A stretch of 64,000 nucleotides of DNA, from NCBI GenBank assembly GCA_947305745.1, contig CAMZEH010000005.1, forward strand, positions 5,339 through 69,338, in the 5' to 3' direction. The translations under genes were made by a program, and so were the position numbers. The number at the start of each line of letters is the position of its first letter. Within the stretch, counting starts at the first letter, position 1. The notes under the pieces were generated by a model that worked only from the letters and a program-made list of their open reading frames with translations, was not told where the DNA came from and made no database searches. This document shows, one piece after another, positions 48,457 through 55,753 of this stretch. Source of the DNA: an uncultured Clostridia bacterium (GTDB taxonomy: Bacteria > Bacillota > Clostridia > Oscillospirales > Acutalibacteraceae).

Positions 48457-49173
48457 CTATTTTAAAACCGTTGCCAAAGCCAGAGTTACCATGTCGCCAA
48501 AACCTTTTTCGCGCTCCTCCGATGTAAGGCTTTCGCCTTTAAAAACGTGATCCGATATGGTTACGATGCAGAGTGCATTCTTTTTGCTCCTCGCTGCGTT
48601 CATATAAAGTGCCGCAGCTTCCATTTCGACGGCTAAAACTCCCATATTACGCCACTTTTCCGCAAACTTCTTATCTGTGTAAAATCCGTCGCTTGAACAT
48701 ATATTTCCGATATGCATTTTTATCGGCATTTCTTTAGCCGTTTCGACCGCTTTACTAAGCAGTTCATAGCTCGCTATCGGGGCAAACAAACCGCCGAGTT
48801 CATACTGAAATCCGTAGTTCGAGTCGGTACAAGCTCCCATAGCTATTACTATATCCCGTACAGATACGTGATCTTGCAAAGCTCCTGCGCTACCTATCCT
48901 TATGATATTCTCCACATCATAAAAATTATAGAGTTCATAGGAATATATCCCGACTGACGGCATACCCATGCCACTACCCATTACGGAAACTCTTTTTCCT
49001 TTATATGTACCGGTAAATCCCAGCATGCCACGGACTTCATTAAAACACTTCACATCGCTGAGATAATTCTCTGCAATAAACTTCGCGCGCAGAGGATCGC
49101 CGGGCATCAACACCGATTCGGCAATATCTCCTTTACTCGCCTTTATGTGCGGAGTTGGTATTTTATCAGACAT
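48457..49173 (-). CDS. deoD: Purine nucleoside phosphorylase, DeoD type
   Basis: TPHIKASKGDIAESVLMPGDPLRAKFIAENYL, MGSGMGMPS and EMEAAALY are collinear with enterobacterial and Bacillus DeoD. Confidence 0.9.
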   Translation of the reverse strand: MSDKIPTPHIKASKGDIAESVLMPGDPLRAKFIAENYLSDVKCFNEVRGMLGFTGTYKGKRVSVMGSGMGMPSVGIYSYELYNFYDVENIIRIGSAGALQDHVSVRDIVIAMGACTDSNYGFQYELGGLFAPIASYELLSKAVETAKEMPIKMHIGNICSSDGFYTDKKFAEKWRNMGVLAVEMEAAALYMNAARSKKNALCIVTISDHVFKGESLTSEEREKGFGDMVTLALATVLK

Positions 49174-49393
49174 TCAAAACAAGCTTTGTTGCAGATGCAA
49201 TCGGCAAAACCCCAAAAACTTATTACCGCAACAAGCTCTTTCCACCACCTTTTTAAAATATATAAACATATAAATGGCTTAAAAACAACTATTTAATTCG
49301 ATTTTTTTATTTTTTGAAATTTACGTGTGTTTTTTTAAATATTTTTTGTCAATTTAACAAGTATGAGAGTAATTTTTCAATAAAATTATTCTC

Positions 49394-50113
49394 TCAATCG
49401 GATTTTAGCATCTTTTTAAATGTTTTGTCAAGAATTTCAGCAGATTTTTGAATAATCGGGCCTCCGGCAAAAACGCAAAATACTGTTATAATTCCTACAA
49501 CTCCGCCCATCATCCAGCCGAAAAGCAGTGTCAAGGCGTCCAAAATGATTTTTACGACCCCAAACGGTCTCTTGGTTTTGTCGGTTATAATAACTGCCGC
49601 CGCCGTCCAAGGGTCAATACCGATATTAACCGCCATAAATCCGCCGAGACCTATAAAACAAAATACACAACCTACGAGCGATGCCGCTATTTGACTGACG
49701 TTAATGACCCAACACATAACATTCGGTATATTTAAAAGTCCGTATGCCCAGACACCGAAATCTATAAATGCGCCTAAAACCATCAGATAGATTACAGTCC
49801 CAATATGTATATGATTAAAAACGTCTAAAAACTTAATATTTTCTCCCTTTTTCTTTGCTTTTTTTCGTGCATCCAAAAAATCGAAAATAAGCACCAACAA
49901 AATTAAACTTCCATTGAGTATCGTCGCTACCTGCCCTGCCGTCATTCCGCTAACTACGCTCAGCCCATCATAAAATACAGTTATCGGGTCTGCGCCCTGA
50001 TCTGTCGCCAAGTTTATTCCACAGCCTATCCCCAAAAGTATCAGACTCAGCGTACAAATTATTATTTTTTCTATCCATAAAATTAATGATTTTTTACTCA
50101 GTTTTAATTCCAT
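49394..50113 (-). CDS. Polytopic membrane protein, YczE/YitT-like internal repeat
   Basis: Two halves each carry G.G......G.DP(I/W)T (LGIGCGINLATDQGADPITVF; GLGGFMAVNIGIDPWTAA). Embedded between deoB and deoD. Confidence 0.45.
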   Translation of the reverse strand: MELKLSKKSLILWIEKIIICTLSLILLGIGCGINLATDQGADPITVFYDGLSVVSGMTAGQVATILNGSLILLVLIFDFLDARKKAKKKGENIKFLDVFNHIHIGTVIYLMVLGAFIDFGVWAYGLLNIPNVMCWVINVSQIAASLVGCVFCFIGLGGFMAVNIGIDPWTAAAVIITDKTKRPFGVVKIILDALTLLFGWMMGGVVGIITVFCVFAGGPIIQKSAEILDKTFKKMLKSD

Positions 50114-50114
50114 T

Positions 50115-51278
50115 TTATGTAACCTCTTTTAAAAACGACTTTCCTTTATTTTTTTCTTTTATCCCCAAATATTCCAGAACCGTTGCGCCCGTATCCGCAA
50201 AACCTTTTCGTGTACCTAAGTTTACGCCCGGTTTTATGAGGTCTCCGTAAACTATCATCGGAGTATATTCGCGTGAATGGTCGGTCGAAGCCGTTGTCGG
50301 GTCGCAGCCATGGTCGGCGGTTATTATCAAAACGTCATCTCCGCGCAGTTTGGCGCAAATTTCACTTAGTTTATCATCAAAATATGTAAGTGCCTTCGCA
50401 TATCCGTCAACGTCGTTACGATGCCCGTAAAGCATATCGAAATCAACCAAATTCACAAAACACAAGCCTTCAAAATCTCTGTCCATTATCTCAAGCGTCT
50501 TGTTTATACCGTCCGCATTGCCTTTTGTCAAAATTTTCTCCGTTACGCCTCTGCCGGCAAAAATATCGCTTATCTTGCCGACGGCTATAACTTCTTTTCC
50601 GCTTTCTTTTACGAAATCAAGCATAGTTTTTTCGGGCGGCGCAAGTGCGAAATCATGGCGGTTTGTCGTGCGCGTATAATTCGGATACTCGCCTGTAAAC
50701 GGTCTGGCAATTACACGTCCGACAGCGTGCTCTCCGCAAAGCATATCCCTTGCGATTTGGCAATATTTATATAAATCTTTTATCGGAACCACAGCTTCGT
50801 GCGCCGCTATTTGAAACACACTATCCGCCGACGTGTACACGATTAAATCGCCTGTTTCCACACTCTCTTTTCCGTAATCCTTTATGACTTCCGTGCCCGA
50901 ATACGGCTTGTTACAAAGCGTTTTTCTGCCCGTCAGTTTTTCAAATTTTTCTATTACATCTTTCGGGAAACCGTTCGGATATGTAGGAAGCGGTTTTTTG
51001 GATTCTATCCCCGCAATCTCCCAATGCCCGATTATCGTATCTTTGCCGTTAGATATTTCTTCCATTCTGGCATAGCTCGCAGTCGGGCTACTTTCATCTT
51101 GCTCGTAATCCATGCCGTCAATATTGAAAAGCCCCATTTTTCGCATATTCGGTACATGGAAATTTTCATTTCCCCAGCAAGCTTTCATGGTGTTGCTGCC
51201 TTTATCCCCATACTTCTCGGCATCGGGCATCTCTCCTATGCCTACGCTATCGAGAACTATCAAAAATACTCTTTTCAT
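50115..51278 (-). CDS. deoB: Phosphopentomutase
   Basis: LIVLDSVGIGEMPDA, ITADHGCDPTT, 387 aa. Confidence 0.9.
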   Translation of the reverse strand: MKRVFLIVLDSVGIGEMPDAEKYGDKGSNTMKACWGNENFHVPNMRKMGLFNIDGMDYEQDESSPTASYARMEEISNGKDTIIGHWEIAGIESKKPLPTYPNGFPKDVIEKFEKLTGRKTLCNKPYSGTEVIKDYGKESVETGDLIVYTSADSVFQIAAHEAVVPIKDLYKYCQIARDMLCGEHAVGRVIARPFTGEYPNYTRTTNRHDFALAPPEKTMLDFVKESGKEVIAVGKISDIFAGRGVTEKILTKGNADGINKTLEIMDRDFEGLCFVNLVDFDMLYGHRNDVDGYAKALTYFDDKLSEICAKLRGDDVLIITADHGCDPTTASTDHSREYTPMIVYGDLIKPGVNLGTRKGFADTGATVLEYLGIKEKNKGKSFLKEVT

Positions 51279-51364
51279 ACTATTTATCTCACTCCGTATA
51301 AGTTTCTATTCACAAATCAGAATATTTACCAAGCACACATCTCTTCTAAATCAGGTATAAACAT

Positions 51365-51883
51365 CTACTTTTTAGGCTGTTTTGCCAAATCTATAAATAT
51401 AGGCTTATCGGGTATTTTCCCCTCTAAAATGTCGGGCAAATAATCCGCCAAAACAACCGGATATATTACTTCTTTGCAATTCTTTATTTTATCAAGCGAA
51501 AACCACTCTAATGTTTTTGCCACAGGTTTTTCTTCATCGGTTAAGTGCTCTAAAGTAACTTTTTCGTTGCTTGTTTTGGCATATATAAAGCTCTGATTTA
51601 AATGCGTTTTCTTTCCATGCATATCCAAATCAAATTCTCCGTACCAAACTACGTTTCCAAATTTGACGTCACTTTCTTTTAAACCTGTTTCTTCAAAAAG
51701 CTCACGTTTTGCCGCTTGTAACGGAGTCTCGCCGTCCTCAATTTTACCTCCGACCAGGTTCCAAAATCTACCATTATATTTACCTTCTTCATTTTTTATC
51801 CCTTTGTCGTCAACCGCTAATAACAATAGTTCTTTCTTTTCATTAAGCAAAACAATTTTTATACTGTTTCTTACATCGCTCAT
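51365..51883 (-). CDS. NUDIX hydrolase
   Basis: Nudix box GGKIEDGETPLQAAKRELFEETGL. Confidence 0.8.
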   Translation of the reverse strand: MSDVRNSIKIVLLNEKKELLLLAVDDKGIKNEEGKYNGRFWNLVGGKIEDGETPLQAAKRELFEETGLKESDVKFGNVVWYGEFDLDMHGKKTHLNQSFIYAKTSNEKVTLEHLTDEEKPVAKTLEWFSLDKIKNCKEVIYPVVLADYLPDILEGKIPDKPIFIDLAKQPKK

Positions 51884-51974
51884 ATTTGCTACCTCCGAAA
51901 TTCAAGCTAAAATAGAATTTATTTTTCAAACGGAAAATCCCCCCGAACATACCGCTATCATTTTTGCTTTGCTT

Positions 51975-52499
51975 TTAATATTTGACTTCAACCTCGTTGA
52001 TGTTATTAAAAATCACTCCGTTCGGCTGATATATCTCAAAACTTCCACCGTAATTTTCGCCGACTATTTTTATTTTATTTACTCCCTGAACACATTTTGC
52101 GGATACATCGCCTTCAAAATGCTCCTTATCTTTCTCCGATATTACTTCTGCCAAAACCTCGACTTCTGAATTTGGCTTAACCAAAACCAATTTTCCCTTA
52201 CCCGAGTTTGCATTAAATTTGATGTGTAAAACGGTTTCTGTGTCTTGACCGACATTTGCCTCTAAAACAGAACAAAAACCATAGATTTTTTCAAATTTCC
52301 CATAGTGTTTTCCGTTGTCTAAGGGCGAAATACTACAACACATTGCGTTCATATGTTCATCTGTATTTGCTAATAATTGGTTATTGCTATAATCATATTT
52401 ATTTGCCATTGATTTATCCTGGTCATAACTATTACCACATCCTGAAAGCATAAGCGGTATGGCAGCCAAAGCCAATATTTTAAAAAATTTACTTTTCAT
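51975..52499 (-). CDS. Hypothetical lipoprotein
   Basis: Signal peptide with lipobox MLSGC. No recognisable domain. Confidence 0.6.
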   Translation of the reverse strand: MKSKFFKILALAAIPLMLSGCGNSYDQDKSMANKYDYSNNQLLANTDEHMNAMCCSISPLDNGKHYGKFEKIYGFCSVLEANVGQDTETVLHIKFNANSGKGKLVLVKPNSEVEVLAEVISEKDKEHFEGDVSAKCVQGVNKIKIVGENYGGSFEIYQPNGVIFNNINEVEVKY

Positions 52500-52504
52500 A
52501 TCTA

Positions 52505-52640
52505 TATTTACTCCCTTTTATTCAAATTCTATCCGAGTGTCAATTGCTCGCAATCTGTCGTTTCGCTGCTCGGCATCTTGCCGCTCGCATTTTTTGTTCC
52601 TTTATCGTCAACCGCATACATTTTCTCCAATTTCAAAATT
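52505..52640. repeat. Direct repeat copy A: duplicate of the 3' end of the topoisomerase A gene, its stop codon and the downstream RBS region
   Basis: The 60-nt core 52530-52589 matches 53496-53555 at 56/60 positions. Weaker homology continues ~25 nt on the low-coordinate side and ~40-50 nt on the high-coordinate side. Confidence 0.8.
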
Positions 52641-52650
52641 TTGTCATAAT

Positions 52651-53466
52651 TTAGTGCGCCACAATCCAAAATCTTATAAAATCGACAAACCAATGGAAGG
52701 CTATGGCTGAATACAAACTTTTATTTTTCAGGAGCCAAACCGCAGGTATTCCGAAAACACAACACATATAAGTAAGGTTTAATACCGTTCCGATAGGATT
52801 AGTGACAAAATCGCTTGTGGGGTAGTGCATAATACAGTGAGGAATTATCAGTAAAGCATATGTGAGAACAGTGGCAAACTTTGTCTTTGGAATCATACCC
52901 TTAAACGCATTTAATACAAAAGCATAGAGGAAAAATCTAAATACAATTTCTTCACTTATACCAGGTTGCAATGCTTGCACGGCTGCGGGGAAAAATCTAT
53001 CTATACTAAACGGCGGCAGAGTGTATCCGTCTTGTATGTAGTATTCCAAAACATTGAGTATTGCAGGCAATATGCCTATCAAAAGACCAAATCCGACATG
53101 ATTTAAAACGGTTCGACAATTAATCTTAAATATCTTATTTTCATAACTATACTTTCTGAATATGCAGCAGGCCGAATAGTAGGCAATAACCGTAATGGAA
53201 CCAATTACAGGGTTAAAACCGCTTTGCAAAGACATAGCTACTCCGAATACTATTGCGGTAACCAAATCCAAAACGTAAAATTTATGCATTTTAAATACAT
53301 AAAATACAGATACCAAACCCGCCAAAATATAATTCCAATACCAAAGAGATGCCAGCACTCCGATGAAACCAAACCTTATATTTAAAATGGGAAAGCTAAA
53401 TAACAACATGAATACTGCAAACAATGCTATGATTTTCGAGTTGGCTTTAGTTGATGTTTTTTCCAC
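52651..53466 (-). CDS. CPBP family intramembrane glutamic endopeptidase (CAAX/Abi-type)
   Basis: Motif 1 SEEIVFRFFLY, motif 2 PHCIMH, motif 3 AFHWFVD, 8 TM helices. GTG start 7 nt after AGGAGG. Confidence 0.8.
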   Translation of the reverse strand: MEKTSTKANSKIIALFAVFMLLFSFPILNIRFGFIGVLASLWYWNYILAGLVSVFYVFKMHKFYVLDLVTAIVFGVAMSLQSGFNPVIGSITVIAYYSACCIFRKYSYENKIFKINCRTVLNHVGFGLLIGILPAILNVLEYYIQDGYTLPPFSIDRFFPAAVQALQPGISEEIVFRFFLYAFVLNAFKGMIPKTKFATVLTYALLIIPHCIMHYPTSDFVTNPIGTVLNLTYMCCVFGIPAVWLLKNKSLYSAIAFHWFVDFIRFWIVAH

Positions 53467-53469
53467 ACT

Positions 53470-53600
53470 CTTTTACCTCCTTTTTATTAAAATTTTATCC
53501 GAGTGTCAGTTGCTCGCAATCCGTTGTTTCGCTGCTGGGCATCTTGCCGCTCGCAGGTATGTTCTTCGCTCGGTAAATCTTCTCATCGATAAATCTCCCG
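53470..53600. repeat. Direct repeat copy B (native 3' end of the topoisomerase A gene plus the RBS region of the CPBP gene)
   Basis: See copy A. Together the two copies bracket the CPBP gene. Confidence 0.8.
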
Positions 53601-55744
53601 AGTTGATATTCCTCGGCGCTTACTACCCTGTGGCCTTTCTTTTGTTTCATAACAGCTACGCCTTGCGTGTTTTTGGTTTGCTTTAGGTTCACTGCGGCGC
53701 TATTAAATATCAGTATTTTGCCCGACGATGACGTGAGCAGAAAATCTTTATCCTCATGCTCATAAAATGCCGTTACCAACTTATCAAGGTCACTATATGC
53801 CTTGATTAGTTTTTTACGATTTGTCTTGGTTTCGTACGCTTTCATATCCACTTTCGAAACCTTTCCGCCCGCAAACACAAAAAGCATATAACCGCTATAA
53901 TCGGTAGTTACCGCCATATAGACTACTTTCTCATTTTTATCAAACGAAAGCGCCGCCGGTATGAATTCCCCTATGCTGCTGGCTTTGGTATCCGAAAAGT
54001 TGTACCCCTTCGCCTTATATACTTGGCATTTATCCGTAAAGAACAACAATTCCGAATGGTTACTGCCCTCAACCTCTTGCGTTACTTCATCGTCAATCTT
54101 TAGTTTTTGCTCCGAGTTCATTTTTAGCGATTGAGGTGTAATCTTCTTGAAATATCCCTCTTTCGTAATGAAAAACCTTACGGGATAATCGGGCGCTACT
54201 ACCTCTTCCTCATAAAATTCGGTATCCTCAGGTGAAATAAGCAGGCACTTCCTCGGCTTACCGTATTCTTTGGCAATCCCAGTAAGCTCTTTTACTATTA
54301 TTTTGTATATTTTCTTCTTTTCGGAAAGAATACTTTCGAGTTCTTCTATCTCTTTCCTAAGGCTCTCTATCTCGCTCGTGCGTTTAAGTATATATTCCCT
54401 GTTCAAGTGGCGCAATTTTATCTCCGCCACGAATTCCGCTTGTATTTCGTCTATCCCAAAACCTTTCATCAAATTCGGCACTACGTCTTGCTCTTCTTCG
54501 GTTTTGCGGATTATTGCTATCGCTTTGTCGATATCCACAAGTATCTTATTAAGACCCTCAAGCAAATGAAGTTTATCCCGTTTTTTCGCCAGGTCAAAAG
54601 CCGTCCTTCTGCGTATGCACTCCGCTCGGAAAGCCGTCCATTCTTCCAGGATTTCTCGCACTCCCATGACTTTCGGTGTGCCACCGACAAGTATATTAAA
54701 ATTGCATGAAAATGTATCTTCAAGCGGCGTGAGCTTAAAGAGCTTTATCATCAATTTATCGGCATCAACGCCTCTTTTTAAATCGATCGTTATTTTAAGG
54801 CCGTCAAGTCCCGTTTCGTCACGGATATCGGATATTTCACGTATCTTACCCGCTTTTACGAGTTCCGCTATCTTTTCGATAATTATCTCACTCGTGGTCG
54901 TCGGCGGAATGCTCACAACATCTATACAATTGTATTTTTTATCGTAGCTATACCTCGCACGGACTTTTATTCCTCCACGACCCGTTTTATATATTTCCTC
55001 AAGCTTGGCTTTATCATAAATTATCTCGCCGCCTCCCGGAAAATCGGGCGCCAAAAGTGTCGATGATATATCATGTTCGGGATTTTTTATATATCCAATC
55101 GCCGTTTCGCACACTTCTTTCAAGTTAAACGGACATATCGAGCTCGCCATTCCGACCGCTATACCCGTATTGGAATTTACCAAAACAGACGGGAACGTAC
55201 ACGGCAAAAGTGACGGTTCCTTTAATGTGTTATCGTAGTTCGGCACGAAATCTACCGTATCTTTATCTATATCCTTAAAAAGTTCTTTACATATACTCTC
55301 GAGCTTGGCTTCCGTGTACCTTGACGCCGCGCATGCCATATCTCTTGAATAAAACTTACCGAAGTTTCCTTTTGAATCGACATACGGGTGCAAAAGCGCC
55401 TCGTAACCCCTACTCATACGCACCATGGTGTCGTAAATTGCGCTATCTCCGTGTGGGTTGAGCTTCATCGTCTGCCCGACTATATTCGCCGACTTCGTAC
55501 GTGTGCTGCCCAGAAGCCCCATTTTATACATCGTGAAAAGCAGTTTCCTATGCGATGGCTTAAATCCGTCGATTTCGGGTATCGCCCTGGACGTGATAAC
55601 ACTCATCGCATACGGCATATAGTTTTTTTCGAGCGTTCCGACTATCTTTTCTTCGACAATCTCGCCCGCGTTATATATAACTCCGCTAACATTTGATGAT
55701 TTTTGTATTTTTTCTTTGTTTCTTCTCGTTGCCAATTTCTCCAC
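53495..55744 (-). CDS. Type IIA DNA topoisomerase subunit A (gyrase/topoisomerase IV family, ParC-like, divergent)
   Basis: KPSHRKLLFTMY, HPHGD-type NPHGDSAIYDTMVRM, active-site tyrosine in AASRYTEAKL. The ~250-aa C-terminal beta-pinwheel region has no GyrA-box. GTG start. Confidence 0.8.
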   Translation of the reverse strand: MEKLATRRNKEKIQKSSNVSGVIYNAGEIVEEKIVGTLEKNYMPYAMSVITSRAIPEIDGFKPSHRKLLFTMYKMGLLGSTRTKSANIVGQTMKLNPHGDSAIYDTMVRMSRGYEALLHPYVDSKGNFGKFYSRDMACAASRYTEAKLESICKELFKDIDKDTVDFVPNYDNTLKEPSLLPCTFPSVLVNSNTGIAVGMASSICPFNLKEVCETAIGYIKNPEHDISSTLLAPDFPGGGEIIYDKAKLEEIYKTGRGGIKVRARYSYDKKYNCIDVVSIPPTTTSEIIIEKIAELVKAGKIREISDIRDETGLDGLKITIDLKRGVDADKLMIKLFKLTPLEDTFSCNFNILVGGTPKVMGVREILEEWTAFRAECIRRRTAFDLAKKRDKLHLLEGLNKILVDIDKAIAIIRKTEEEQDVVPNLMKGFGIDEIQAEFVAEIKLRHLNREYILKRTSEIESLRKEIEELESILSEKKKIYKIIVKELTGIAKEYGKPRKCLLISPEDTEFYEEEVVAPDYPVRFFITKEGYFKKITPQSLKMNSEQKLKIDDEVTQEVEGSNHSELLFFTDKCQVYKAKGYNFSDTKASSIGEFIPAALSFDKNEKVVYMAVTTDYSGYMLFVFAGGKVSKVDMKAYETKTNRKKLIKAYSDLDKLVTAFYEHEDKDFLLTSSSGKILIFNSAAVNLKQTKNTQGVAVMKQKKGHRVVSAEEYQLGRFIDEKIYRAKNIPASGKMPSSETTDCEQLTLG

Positions 55745-55753
55745 CGCCTTTTT

